A stretch of 63,779 nt of DNA, filler included, from Folioceros fuciformis (lineage: Eukaryota), in NCBI GenBank assembly GCA_049999805.1. It is 9 parts of 9 records of this genome, joined end to end, with 100 filler letters (N's around TTAATTAATTAA, not from the genome) between each part and the next. Parts side by side here need not be neighbours in the genome. Positions count along the whole stretch, not along the records: positions 36,719 to 61,026 come from JBNGIO010002001.1; 8 more parts are not named here. The stretch is one strand, 5' to 3'. Below, in pieces: positions 47,279-61,126 of this stretch. How positions within the stretch are numbered: the stretch's first letter is position 1; the number at the start of each line of letters is the position of its first letter. The notes beneath the pieces are model-generated. The model made no database searches and had not been told where the DNA came from. It saw nothing but the letters and a program-made list of their open reading frames with translations. Made by a program: the position numbers and the translations under genes.

Positions 47279-49419
47279 TCAAGCGCCAGTCTCTTCTCGC
47301 ACATGCGGAGACTGGATGTGCTCCAAAGCAGGAATAATGGAGGAAGGGCATCTGTCATCGCCAGGGCCTTTCACTTGACAAAAGCACTCCGGCCAGGGAT
47401 TGGTGTAGAATGACTCGGGTGGTGTTCGACGGTGGGGGCCTCCGGATGGACTGCTCTTCATGACTTCCCTCACTGACGCCTCAAAGCTGCGTTTGCCCAT
47501 CCAACCTGACTCCATTTTCATGAACACTGGAGCAAGTGCTTTCCTGTCAGGCCGCAGACTTGTTCGGAAGCCATAATACAGGCGGTGGCCCAGAAGATTG
47601 TTGGCAAAATTGCTCGGTCCATCGTACGTCGGTAGGAAGATATCTGCAAGGAGGCACACCATGTAGTCCACGGCTGGTCCTAGCAGACCCTTGCCCTCGG
47701 CATTAACTTTAGCCAACTCCTGGGGAGTGGCCAGAGTCAGGCGGCGTTCAACGTGAGGAAACAGCTTGCGGAAAGGCGCCATAAACCGCTCCCCACCAAA
47801 TATTTGCCCGGCGGCCACGTATATCCTAGTGCTGTTGTCGAAGCCCATGGCCCTCAGGATAAGTCCTACCTGCGGCCACACACATTTCACGTCAGCCACG
47901 TACCGCAAAGGGTACCCAGAGTAGCCTTTGCAAGACGGTACCAGACCGGACCCGTTACCTCCTCTGGAGTAAGAGGGCATTTTCCGATCTGCCTTCTTTC
48001 CTTGTACTCTAATTTCTTGGCTGCAAAGTTCCGTTTTCGATACTCTCGCAAAATCTTTTGTTCCTCTGGTGTGAATATGTCCAAGCACCTTCACCCACAT
48101 GACACACATACACAGCTTTCAGCAAAGGAACACATCAAAACAAGTTGTCCACATCGGACGACTGGCTTGCAAAGTAATCGCCGTACCCAGCAAAAGCAAG
48201 CATGTCCTGTTCGAAACGGAGATGAATTGCCACAAAATGTCCCTCAGACCGAAGCCGTTGAACAATGAGCTTGCTCAGGTCCATCACTTCCTGTCGAAAC
48301 CGTAGGGCATGGAAGTTTACACGACATCTCAGTCTTTGATACTCATGATTGTCAAGCTCCTCTGCCAAGCGATGCGAAAAGGGAGTGAGATACACAGCCC
48401 CATGCTTCTTCATCTTCTCCAACGCTTCTGTCTCATACCAGCTTGGCTGAGCATCTCGAGGAGGCCTTAGCTGTGGCCACATTCAGGACGACGAATTTAA
48501 GGGACCACAGCCATCATCGTTATTCTCTTCTTAGGCTACACCGCCTGGAAAACGCGTACCTGAAAGGGCCTCAGTCCACTTCTCCTTGGCAGTCTTTCCA
48601 CAATCCTCACATCATGTTTCAATGTCCGGATGAAGTGAGGAACGTCATAGATACCTGAGAAGTTACTGAAAGGAGAGGTCCAGTCACTGCAACTGTATTC
48701 TCTCAGATCAAACTACACCGGACCCTAACGGACAGCACCTAACCTGTGATCGTGCCAAAAGGAGTTTGTGTCCAGCTCTGGGATCACTAGTGTTGCATTC
48801 ATGATGCGTGCAGCCAGCACGGCATTACAAATCTGCATGCATAGAGGAAGCAGCATTCTCAACCAAGGCAATATACACCATAAAAAAAAGAAAAAAAAAC
48901 CCTAACGCCCTGGAACATGAGAAAGATCTGAGGCCAGCAACAACGGAGCGGAAGACAACAACTGCGCACTTACAGCCGTGCGCTGCTGATTTAGCCCGCC
49001 ATTACAGCGGACAATCAGGTAGCCATTACCCCGCTTTGAAGGCTCTGCGGGAACACAGCAGCGATTATAATCGAAGCCCACTACTCTTCCCACCCCCCCG
49101 TTCCCACCTTCACCTCCTATTTCAAACGAATAAGAAGAGCAAAACAGTCCCGTGGTACAACTCACTTACCAGGCCAGCTCGCGGCTCTCAAAACCGATGA
49201 TGGTCTCCAGTCATCCGATGCTGCGGGAAGCCACAGTTTATCCACATCTATCCTCGTCTGGTCAATACGTCGGTCCTCTTTCATCCGAACCAGAAGAGAC
49301 AGGGAGACGAAAAACAAGAGCAAGTAAGCAATTTGCGGTGCCATGCAAAGCGTCCTCAAGCTGGCTGTCGCCTGCCTCCATTTTCGCCTCCCTACTCTCA
49401 TGCCGACACCTGTCGGCAT
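47279..49419 (-). CDS. O-fucosyltransferase family protein (DUF246/GT106), multi-exon; start approximate
   Basis: N-terminal TM; GYLIVRCNGGLNQQRTA; YQRLRCRVNFHALRF; HLRFEQDMLAFAG; GKCPLTPEEV; IYVAAGQIFGG; AVDYMVCL; NNLLGHRLYYGFR. Confidence 0.93.
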
Positions 49420-50158
49420 GCCGGACGGAGCCACAGCTAATGCACTTCACTGCAGCAGCAGCAGCTCTGAACCATAGTCTCCACTCCAAGCATCACAATG
49501 CGGCATGGGACGCCCTCTGAGGCAGCTGCTGAACATATTGACGAGCCCAACTCTTGCACGACAGACACCCATATGCATATGCATAAGCACACAAACGAAT
49601 TGAACCCAGCTCCCCGAGCTCTCCAACCACACCACACGCACACAGAACGGGCACTGAGCTGCACGACTCGAGGTTTATTCAGCACGCGCCAGAGCCCTCG
49701 CCAAGCCTTGATGCAAGAACTCCGTACACAGCGTAATAACAGCAACGATGGCAGATCACAGGGAGCAAGAATTCATGACGGCCTTCACAGTGCGATCGTG
49801 ATGCCGCATGCCAGAGGCAAGCAGCAGCGGCAGCCCTAGAGCTACCCAGTCTCGCTTCCAGTCCATCACATCAAGTCCAGGCACGGCTAGCCCGGTCGGT
49901 CCGACCCCGAACTAGGGGACACTTCATGAACATGACACACTGTCCCTAGCCGAACCGGGAGGTGTCGGGCTCCGTTTGGTCACCGGCGATAGCCGGTCAC
50001 TCACGTCGGGGCTTCCTAACGTCTCTCTTTACTCGTTGCGTTGTGAATCGGGCGTGGGTCTCCCGCCGTCGCCTCGGCTTTGAACGATTTGAAGTCCGAG
50101 AGAGGAAAGGAAAGGAGGGGAGAACGGAGGGCGAGATTCTGTCCTGGGCGATGAGAGG

Positions 50159-53100
50159 ATGGCGCTGAGGGAAGCCAGTGTGCAGCAGCGGCGACAGGCC
50201 AATGCGAGCGCGAGTGCCAATGCGGTGGAATGTTGGAGCAGCGACGCGATTCTCCGCACCGTGCAGGATCGAGGAGACGGTGCTGCTGGCCTGTCCGCGC
50301 AGTTGAAGCTCTACCTGGCCCCTCTGGCCGCGTCCCGCATCCGGCCGGGGGGGAAGGAGAACGGTCAGGGCTGCCAGGAGCACGCCCTGGCCAAGCAACA
50401 TCTGCCGTTTCTAGTGCAGCTGCTCAAGCTCTGCTCGAGCTCGCTAGCTGCAGGGCCCGGGGGATGTGACGGGGTAGCGCAGGGGAAAGCGGATGAGCTC
50501 CTTGCGGCCATGGCTCTGGCCCTGGACTGCCTCCACCAGCTCCGGACCTGGCTAGCTGGCCCCTGCTTTGAGATTGAGATTCAGAGGTACCGGCTTGTGC
50601 GGCTTCTCATCACGTGGAAGCGGTACAGGGATGCGGGTAGCCAGTGCTGGGAGCTGTATAGGAGCCTCTGTTCCACGGTGTTGGGGAACAAAGGGGTGGT
50701 AGGGGAGCCAAAGACCGCTGCTTCCGGGAAGGGGAGCCGGCAGCGAAGGGTGCCGGTGGATGTGCTTGAGGATGTCAGCTTGCCGCCCCCGCAGCCGGAA
50801 GACGATTCCTCGGCGCTTCCAACGCTGGTGATGGGGGTGGCAATGGACCTGTTTTTTTGCACGGCTGAGAATGGGGATTGCTCGTCAGACCTTGTGCGAG
50901 TGCTGTTGTCGTTGCCGGAGCGTTTAGATCCGTGGTTCAGGTGGGAATTGGATACTTGTGTAAATTCTCACGGAATTCTGTAAATGTTGGTGAAACTCGA
51001 ACTCAGACATGATGTGATGCATCCAGGGAGTTGGTCTTCATGGACGAAGACTAAATTTTGGCACTGTCCCACTCGACTTTGTTTGTGCGCAGAATTCTGC
51101 CTCCGGCGAGTGCTGAGAAGCAGCGAGACAGCTTGTTCAGGGGAGTGTACAAACTGGCATCCAAGTTGGCAGAGGGAACTGAGAGCCATGAAGCAGAAGT
51201 TGTACAGAAGTTTTGTACCCTTGCACTCCATTGTTGTGCTCTTTCTTCTCAATGTGGACAGTATGCAAGAGTATGCAGCCAGTTCCTCCTGTGGAAGTCA
51301 GCACTTTTTTGGAAAACACTAGTGACTGCTCCACCGTAGCGTGTTTAGTCGTGCTTGGCCATTTTATCACTGATTCGGGCAGATTTATGGCCCTGCAGGT
51401 TGCCCGAAGGCTGTGTTCATTTTTGTCCAGCCACGCGCCCATGGTAGCGGTTAGCGTCAGCCGGGCATGCCTATCTGAAATCTGTCAAATGAGTCAGGTT
51501 AGGTCTCCGACATGGGTCTTGATGCTTTGCTGTTCAGCGACCTGCTTTTATTTCCCTGTCTGCCCTCTGAGGGCCCCATGGCTTATTTGAGTCTTGAAAT
51601 CTCTGCAGGAGTCTATCCTGTGGGACAACCCCGAAGTCGGAGACTTTTTGGATTCCTTTGCCAGGCTGTGCCAAGCTGCAAATTGCAATCTGCTTGGTGC
51701 TGAAGACATTCAAGCCCTTTCGCACAGATTCGGCAAGAATGTGCGTGGCTTACACCGAAGTTCAGCTTCATCTTGTTTCGAAAGGCCCCTCGACGTCGGC
51801 CAGTTGAACATTGCAGCAGATTTAACTTTTTTCGCCTGTGCCATTTTTCTGTTGTGATAGACTTCCATTTTAGCTGGAGTGGGTGGCCTCTATGCCGTGG
51901 GGCTGTTATTTGCGGAGACTGAACAGTTTGGAGATGGGAAGAAGATTTCTCAATTGTTGAGAGCCCTCGACAAAGCAGCGGAAGGTGTTCAATTCCTGCT
52001 CAGCCAAAAGCCGACGGAAGTGACAAACAGGAAAATTGCCATGGAAGAGCATTTCAAGGTGGTTGCAGGTCACTGCTCAGTGAAGATATTGGCATCCGTC
52101 TTCAAAGCGCTGGACTTTGTACGAAGGTCGTCAGCCAAGTTCGTCCAGGCACAATGGAATGCGTATATTTCAAGTTCCTGTTCCGCAAAGATTGAGGAAC
52201 CCTTCAGCGGATTGTTGGAGTTGTTGGAGCAAATCTTGCATCTGCTGTGTTTGGTTGTACAGGGTGGTTTAAGGTAACTAAGTGCTCTTCTCTGAATTTA
52301 TCGTTTGTAATCGTGATAGATAAAGCTACTCTTTGGTGTATCAGAGCCATACATTTGAGATGTCTACGTGTGCCTGCCACAGGAGCACAGACACAAAAGA
52401 CGCCGAAAGAGAAGTTCTTGAGAAGGGCCATAAATGTGTTTCAGCCGCAGCAGTTGCAGCTTTGAAACTTGCAGTTCTGACAGAAGAGAAAACCGAGGTA
52501 CGAAAGACAAGTACATAGGAATTATGTTCCAACCTGTCTAACTTGCATTTTCCTTCCTCCCTAATCTGCATCTGCGGTATGCATCTCAGAGACATCTGCT
52601 AATTTTGGGGGATATTCTGCGGAGGACTGAAGCAGACGAAGAGGAGCTTCGTTGGTTGATGTCATCAACTTACAATGTCGGTGTCCAGATGTTCAATGCT
52701 ACAAAGTATGGGCTGGTGAGTGGAAGAATTCGTTGAAATGTGGATACTTGAACAACTGAGTGGGCACAACTGACAGATGCAAGGTGTGCAGGCAGTTGGT
52801 CCCTTGCGCTTGGCTTATGAGTCTGCCTGTGCCACTATGAACTTGAGGTCCCTCCACAAGAATACAGCACTCTCAGACCTGGAATCTATAGAACTTTCAA
52901 GCGCAGTAACGGAATGTTTGGGCAAGTGTGTGGCTCTTGTTGATGCTCTCACACGATGTGAGGACTACGAGGGTTCATCCCAGGCGCTTATAGATGGTTT
53001 GTATCGTTGGGGCAAAGCGCAAGCACTGATGGTGCAAGTGCCCAGACCTCGTCAATTGATTCGTCTCTGGGTCAAGGTATGTGCAATCTGGACTTGGAGG

Positions 53101-56100
53101 TATCTAGCTTCTCTATTACCGTCTGTATTGCTTACAGATAGTCTGTGCCTCCATAACCATTTCTGTTGCTGCTTAGGGTGTGTGCACACGGAGTGGAGCA
53201 TCGCATCTTCCGTTGCTCAACTTGTTGTGCAAGCTGCAGCCACCTCTGCGGCCTGACATTTTAGGATCAATTATGGAAGAGGTGCTGCCTTTCGCTCAGC
53301 ATTAGAAACCTTTGAAACGTGAAGTTTCTGTGTGAAGCCTAACAGTGGTCTTTGAACAGGAGCTCTCAGTGTACGATGGCATGGAGAATGAATTGTCAAA
53401 GGATATGAGAGGCCGGATTCTTGATTTGTTGCTTGAGCAAGTGTATACGGCAAGTGAATTTTCGTATGAAAGATCAAGAGTTTTGCTTGAAATAAGTCGA
53501 AGATCCCGGTTCGAAGGACCAGAAGAGTCGAGAAAGTGTACAGTTTATCTGTCGGAGGCAGTATCGTTGCTGGTAAGGTTTACAGTGTGATCGGGTCAGA
53601 TGACGAACAGTGCAGCATGTCCTCTGGTGATGCGTGTCCAATGCCCTGTTGGTATATTTCTCCAGGACAATGCCTTGGGCCAAGAAAGGACAACAGATTC
53701 AAAGAGCATGAAGCTGAAAAAGATTTTACATCAATCTGGAATGACACGATGCGTGAGAGCACTGTACATGTTTGAAATTGATTCCAGCACTGAAGTGAGC
53801 GCTCCTCCCCTCGTTGCCATTTCGTACATCGCATTATTTCTGCCAACAGGTCTGTGCTTCCTGCCTCATAATCTCAAACTTCCAACAGATATATTTTGAT
53901 GACATCATGGTGGCTATCAGTCATTGGCGGGAAGCTCTCAAGTCTAGCAACACGAGCACAAACAAGCTGGATTCTGAGAAAGCTTGGTTATCATCTTTTG
54001 GGAAGGATGCCGTATGTGTACTGTGTAATGTTGCTGCTATGACCTCACTAAAGGTGAGCCACCATCAGGACCTTGGCTACCTGCAACTTTGTAGTTTTGC
54101 GTACCGAGGAACTAATTGATGAAGGTCGTCATAGTAGGCAACGGACAATAAAAATTTCCATACATGCCAAGACAACGGGTGATGATGGGTTTTCTGCTCG
54201 CAGGGGTATTCGGTGTTACAAGATGATTTGCATGATCTGATATTTGATATAGTTGCGGGTGAAAGCCTCTCAAAGGAAGACATTTTCACGTCATTTTTGG
54301 TAGAGAGACAAGTTGGTCATGCTCTCTGTCATGTACCTCATTCAGGCAAATTGTCTGCGTCCTTGTCTAAGAAGTTTGGGCTGGCAGTAGATTCTATTGA
54401 AACCTGGCAAAGAAATGCTGACAATTTCCCAACATCTGAATTGGGTGCCCTTATGAGACTAGTTGCCATAGATGTGTCTCCAGATTGCGCCAAAACATTG
54501 GTACCAGAAACATTCTTGAAATTGAAGGTGAGAGACAGGCTACCTTGCGTCAGTTATTTACTGTATACAATTTCCTGAGCTGCGTATAAAGTGTGACTGG
54601 GCAAGGATTTGTGCTTATCTTGGATCTTCTCCAACAGACTGAAAATTCTTGTCACTCAAATCTGGGACTTTCTCAAGTCCATCACAGTCTTGCTCAGCAA
54701 GCGCTTGGAGAGGGGAACCTCGTACAGGTAAGGTCTGAGGCTTTCATCCCCTAGAAATAGGCTTTCGTGAATGGTCGACGTGCTTTGTGTAGAAGTCTCT
54801 CTGAGTACTGTCTTTTCTTGAAGCCGTAAGTTAATCAGCTACACTAGTCGTACCGAACTCGATGTTCTATCATTGTGTTGCAGGCACAAGCGTATGCAAA
54901 GGAAGCTCTCCAGATAAGATACAGATGCTTTAGTCGGGCATTTATGGCTAGCACCGCAATACCAGTTCCAGTGGCTGAGACAAGCTCGACAGCAGTTGGT
55001 AGCCAGTGGCATGTATTGGGAAAGTACCTTGAGAGTCTCTATCAGGTAATTCGGTGTCATGTTGAAAGAATAGAAGATGCATAGGGTAGGATGTGTATTA
55101 CGGGATATGCCGATGATTGCTGACAGTCTTCTTTACAGGTCGGGTTGATTCTTGAGAAAGCAGGAGCTGTCGATGATGCAGAGAAGAACCTTCGTGAGGG
55201 AATGCGCATAGCAGCTGCTCTGTCATTGCGCTTGGCACAGGCGACGTTTGCATCAGCAATAGGTGAACGTATAATGCATTTAGTTTATGAATGCTATCAT
55301 TCATGTACTGGTGTCACTCATGGATTTCTATTAACGGGGCTTCTGTCTTCAGGTGAGCTTCATCGAAAACGGCATCAATGGAAATTGGCAGTCGAAAGCT
55401 TTGCAGAAGCCAACAGGGTATATAATCACAGTGACATGACCTTGGCTTGCAAATCCTGTATTCAGGCTGGAAGGGCCTTGTTGCGGATCCGAATAGGTGA
55501 TTTGGTACGGCATTGCGACGAGCAACAGCTCGTTTCAACGTGTCTCAAGGAACTTCTGGCAAGGCCATCTTTCCCTGCTAATCCTTGGCCTGAGAACCTG
55601 GATGATGTTGCCTTACGGATTTACACCCTTGCCCAAGAGGATCTGCTCCCTATAATTGGGAGTGGCATCACAAATGCTAAACTTTGCAGTTGTGTCATCG
55701 ACAAATTTGATATTGCTTCAAGCAGCCAAGAGTCTGGAAGATTTCCAGGGGAGCACCCTCAAACAATGGTCACGACAAAGAAGGCTGACAACAGGCCCAG
55801 GAGATCAACAAGAAATGCTGGTTGTCAATCCTCTCAGAAGTCAGAGTCAGACTTGCAGGACCTTCTGTGTGAAAGGCTGGAGCAAGTTTCATTGGGGGTC
55901 GACACAGGACCAACAGTGGTGACTCAACAGAAGGAGTTGGCAACTACTCGGACTGGACTTCCAGTGAAGCGAAGTGCCCGTTTGAAACTAAGAGCTTTAG
56001 CTTCTGCTGCTGCCTCTGAGATTGCTAGTGGACGCATTGATGAAGGCACCAGCTCGTCGCTGGGCGAGACCCTGAGGAATCCTCAAAGAAGACCGAGATC

Positions 56101-59100
56101 CCGCAAGGTTGTCTTGTGTGAATCAGAACCTGTACCAGTATCAGCCAAGAGCCTCACAGGACTAGAAAGCACAGGAGCTGCAAAGGGCGGGAGACGACCT
56201 TCCAGGCAGAAAGCTGCTTCTTTTGAACCGCGCTCTGGTTTCAGTGTTCCACCAGACAAAGACGCTGGCTGTCACGCTTCTGCAAAGGGCACCGAATTTT
56301 CGCCGGAGGCAGAGTGGCTGCGGAATACTAGCCATGAAAGCGCCAGCACATCTGAAAAACGTTGCGACTGCTCGAGCGGACGTGGTACACTGTCACGTAT
56401 ATCATCCATGCATGAGTGGACAGATTTCAAGTGGGAACAATCGGGGAGGCTGTTGTTGGCAAAGGCATTCACTCAAAAAGGTTTGCCATCCATGACTAAG
56501 ATGTTCAGTCTTCATTGCACGGATTTTGAAGTAAAATCCTGCGTTTTGGTCCCTGCAGGGAAGACGCATTCAGCTCGGGGCCGTCACGATCTTGCAGAGA
56601 CGTGCTTCTTGGAAAGTTGGGCTTTCCTTCATGGGTGTCATACAATGCAATTGCAAGGTTCTCAAGCTTGTACAAGAATACCTTCATCTCCCAGTAGCTT
56701 CTTCCCGTTGGAGGAAGCTGCTCTACTTTACCACATGAGCTTGCTTAGGCTTAGGAGAGAACTGGCAACAAACAGCACAAGGTGATTCGTGGGATGGTGT
56801 TCTAATGAGCTAGGTACAGTTGTGGCTTCGGTCTGAACTAGGTACTCTTGTATTGTAACTTCGGTCTAAGGTTGGTTTCTTGTGCAGAATTGATGGAACA
56901 GGACTTCAGCGGCCACTTACGTGGTTATATAGATCATTCCTACTTTGTCAGCAAACTCCACCTCTTCTGCGTAAGGTATGCCGCTACTAATAACGAGATG
57001 CTGCGGTTTTCGCTTATTCGGTCGTAGGTTCCTTGTTCCTCTGCATCTAACGGGAAATGTCTCAGGTTTCACAGCTTCTGGCTCTTATGCATGTACCTCT
57101 CTCTGCTGGAGGCATTTGTCACCATTCAGGAAAGTGTTCTGGGGACTTGCATGCTCTGGCAGCGTATTTCCAGCAGACCTCTCTGGGATCTACAGCACGC
57201 CAGCAGCACCTAGCAGTTGTGAATTCCAAGATGACCTTCGAGACTGATTCGGTAAGCACCTTGCATACAAGCCAGTTGTTATGGTATGCAGCTTGGTTCT
57301 GTCAGATCCATTATAAGTATTCACTGTGTATTTGGTGAGCAGGGTCTCCTTTCGCTTTTAAGTAAGAAGGGCCTTGAGGAAATGCAGCAAGCTCTCAGGT
57401 TGGCGTTTTATCACTCTTGGGAAGTCTCTCCTTTGCGCAACTGTACCCTGCAAACCATGATCTTTGCTCTGGCTGCCATGTGTAGGGTAGTGCCGGAGGG
57501 GCTGAACGCCGTTGAGGCTTGGGCGGATGGGTTCCACAGTGGTCTGGAGCAATCAACGGTTTGCTGTTTAGGATTTGTGGATACAGATCATGTTTTTCTC
57601 ATTCAACGGGAACATCCAACCAGCTGCGCCTGGCTCTTTGTGACGCGTATTGGAGCTGAGCCCTCGGTGATACTCTTGCCTGCTGCTCCTCTTACGAAAG
57701 GTGAGTGAGGTCAAGTTATGCTGTGCTCGATATCATAGATTTTCAAACTGAGGCTGATAAGTTGCATCTGTGGGTAGGGGTGGCTTCCCCGTACCATATG
57801 GAAGATGCAGGTGTCCATTCGAGTACTTCGCCTGAAAATGGCGGCAAGCATGTGCTGGACATGCTGCAGAAAACCATTCCAGAGTTTATTTCCATAATGG
57901 ATGAGAGTCGTCAGTCCACAGCTGAAACTGGGCCGGTGACAACCACTGAGCAAAAGACTGCATGGTGGAAATGGAGGACTGACCTCGATTTCAGACTTTC
58001 CTTGTTGCTCAGGTCCTCGCAACAGCCTGGCTCTCGTATTGCGTCATATATCCTTGCAGGCGTCAGGATGGGACCTCACGTGCGTTGTTACACTGTGCAG
58101 CACCCTGGAGGACCTGTGGCTGGGACCGTGGAAATGCCTTCTATTGGGAAGCCCTTCGGACTCAGGTGTTACTAAATCTCTGAAAATGTCTGCAAAGGCT
58201 CTTTCCAAGGAGCTGAACGAGATTTCGAAGCATGGCGGACTGGAGAAGCAAATAATGGAAGTCGATGGAAACCTCGTCCATCTTCTCTTACAAGGCTTGG
58301 GCTGTCTGAGTAGAAGCCAGCTGGAGGCAGGTCTAGCTTGGCTTATCGGGTGGAACAGGTCTGGCTTCTCCTTACCTGGTGAGGCCGGCAGGTCAGTTGC
58401 TGCTCACCGTCAACCATGGATCCGTCAGGTTGCGGAGGGTTTCGCGGCAGCATACAGAACTTCAGTCGGAGGTGATAGAGCTGCGTCAGAAGATGAAAGT
58501 GATGGTCGCACCCGCGGGAGACCCAGGATAAGGAGGCAAACGCAACAAGACGGTGCCCAGTGCAAAAGATCTGTGCCACAGGGGAACGACTCTCCAGATT
58601 CTCAGCCTCTGGATAGACAAGCTGTGGAGCTTGTTCTTGACAGCAACCTCCAGGTAGGATGACCGAAACATGGGTAGGAGCAAGCATCTTTACCCATGTG
58701 GCCGCTCGTGTCGGATTTTCAGACTTGCCTTTTTCTCGTTCCTTCTGCAGAAACTGCCTTGGGAAAGCCTCCCATGTCTCAGAGAGTACGAGACGTATCG
58801 TATGCCTTCGGTAGGCAGCTTACGGGCTCTCCTCATACATCGGAGCACTGTATTGCCGACCAATTGGGTGAATGCTTCCGATGGCTACTACCTCCTCAAT
58901 CCAAGTGGAGACCTGGCCAGCACGCAGGCAGCATTTGAGGATTGGTTCTCCCAGCAAAAAGGCTGGAAGGTACGAGTTTGTAAAAGGTGCGATGGTTGCA
59001 GTTCAGCTACCCACTTGAGCACTGACCAGGCATCGGGACCGAAATGTGTGCAGGGAAAAGCCGGTGAGGTGCCGAGTGTCAACGATGTCTTGGAGGGCCT

Positions 59101-59660
59101 CACCGACCATGACTTGTTCGTCTATTTCGGTCACGGAAGCGGTGAGCAAATCAGTGCTCAGGCGTCGTTATTTCTGTGAGTCGAAATTCCTCCATGTTGA
59201 TGTATGCTGCTTTCTTTGGATGTGCGCAGGCGAGCAGTACGTACCCGAACGACGAATCAGACGGCTACGGAAATGCGCGGCGGCGCTCCTTATGGGATGC
59301 GGAAGTGGACGTCTCGCCGACCGCGGCGACTATGAGCCCGTGGGGATTCCGCTCTCGTATCTCATGGCTGGCTGCCCCACCGTCATCGCCAACCTGTGGG
59401 ACGTGACGGACGGCGATATCGACCGCTTCAGCCGCGTTCTCCTCAACTCCTGGCTGGCAGGCTCCAATATGGGGCCCGCTTCCTCCTCAGAAGATGCTCA
59501 CCGGGGATCTATCTGTAATAACAAGGCACAACAACCTAGGTCCGGGGTCCACATGGGCCAAGTACAAGCCGGCAGAAACTCGTGCAAATTACCTTTCCTC
59601 ATTGGAGCAGCTCCCGTGAGCTACGGCCTCCCCACACCCATTCAAGCGAGGATTGAATGA
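50159..59660 (+). CDS. ESP1: Separase (peptidase C50), large multi-exon gene
   Basis: C-terminal exons: WWKWRTDLDFRL, LEDLWLGPWKCLL, LPWESLPCL..YRMPS, YYLLNPSGDL, FVYFGHGSGEQY (catalytic His), LLMGCGSG (catalytic Cys), ANLWDVTDGDIDRF, CKLPFLIGAAPVSYGLP. N-terminal helical exons start at ATG 50159. Confidence 0.93.
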
Positions 59661-60095
59661 ATCTGTGAGGTGCGCCCTGACTCCTTGCTACTGTACATAA
59701 GGATTGCGCTTGCTTGTGAAGGACGCAACCGGAGACTTTTATGACTTGCCGTAACCACTTGTACTTAGCCCAGATGAATGGGATGTGACGTGGCCTCCTG
59801 GTCACTCCCTAGTGCGGTAGCAGTGATTGGATGGGGAATCATGGGGATGGACATTTTTCTCTTTCCAAGGTTTGTACAATAGTTTGTAATAAATGGTACA
59901 CGGCACGTAAAAATGGTTGAATCATTGGGTAAAGGACGCTGATTAACTAACTATTCAAACCCATCAGGTGAATGGGTGCGTAGCCATACAAAACCTCGAT
60001 GGCATTAGATCTAAAAAGTACATGGAGGGTACAGTGGAGCGGAATACCTGTGGCCGACTTTGTCGCCAAATGAATAAGTGTAACGACCTAACGAA

Positions 60096-61026
60096 CTAAC
60101 CTGAAGTGCTGCTGAATGGGAAAGGGAAGCAGAAAGCTCCCCGGGAATACTTGTCTCGCAGATGCGGATACGAGCTGAGAAGGCAGTCGGGCGCAAAATC
60201 CTTCCTCGTCAAAATTCCGACGATGGGCATCTGCCCAGGCTGCGCATTCCTCAAGACGAACAGGTAAGTCATGCTAGCAAGAACGGAAAGGAAGAGTAAG
60301 GAGATGACGGGGAAGAGTGAAGCGGACCTCAGGGGACGCAGGGAGGATGCAGAGATGGCGGAGCCCCAGTTGACGGAAGAGTGTGTAGGTCTTGGCCAGG
60401 GACATAGTTTCGACGACGGTGTAGGGCGAGGTGTTGCAGACGGGATAGAGGTCCACAAACATGTCACGCTGCTCAGGAGTGAGGTGGACGTCTTCGATCC
60501 GCAGCGCCTGGGAGGTGGCGGATTTGTCCAACACCGCGCTGCAGAGCCAGGAGTCCGCCGCCGTCCCATAGGAGCTGTCGCTGCTCTGCAGGAAACGTTG
60601 GTGGCGCAGCAGCAGCAGAAGCTGCTCCCGGAGGACCAGGCCGGTGAAGGATGTAGACCCCCCAGCGCGCGCCTCCAGCACAGGAAAGGCGTTGTGCTCC
60701 GTCTCCCAGAGCGCGTCGTACACCACCCCGGCGCGCTCCAATCGCGAGAGCGTCACCAGCGGGCCCTTCACCATGGCGTCGCGCGCCGTGAGGTGCCGCA
60801 TGAAGGGGTGCGGAGACGCCGGCAAGAAGTGCAGCCCCTTGAGTAGGACGTGCGACACGAAGATGCCCTGGTTGAAGTAGTCCCCGAGCGTCTTGGAGAT
60901 GAGCAGTACCAGCATGATGAGAGGCAACGCATGCAGGTTGTTGGTGAGCTCCAGCAGGATGACCACCAACGCCGCCGTCATCCGCATAGAACCCCCGAGA
61001 AACGCCGCCGCCCCCAACACCGCATA
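60096..61026 (-). CDS. CLC: CLC chloride channel/transporter, C-terminal part (last TM helices + 2 CBS domains); 5' lost in the gap
   Basis: YAVLGAAAFLGGSMRMT, ELTNNL..LPLIMLVLLISK..GD.FN, HNAFPV, GLVLR, PYTVVETMSLAK...FRQLGLRHL, PIVGILTRKDF. Confidence 0.94.
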
Positions 61027-61126
61027 NNNNNNNNNNNNNNNNNNNNNNNNNNNNNNNNNNNNNNNNNNNNTTAATTAATTAANNNNNNNNNNNNNNNNNN
61101 NNNNNNNNNNNNNNNNNNNNNNNNNN

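Noticed and set aside
60271-60846. Plus-strand ORF overlapping CLC, and similar antisense ORFs over other genes
   Set aside because: Shadow frames of GC-rich coding sequence on the opposite strand.
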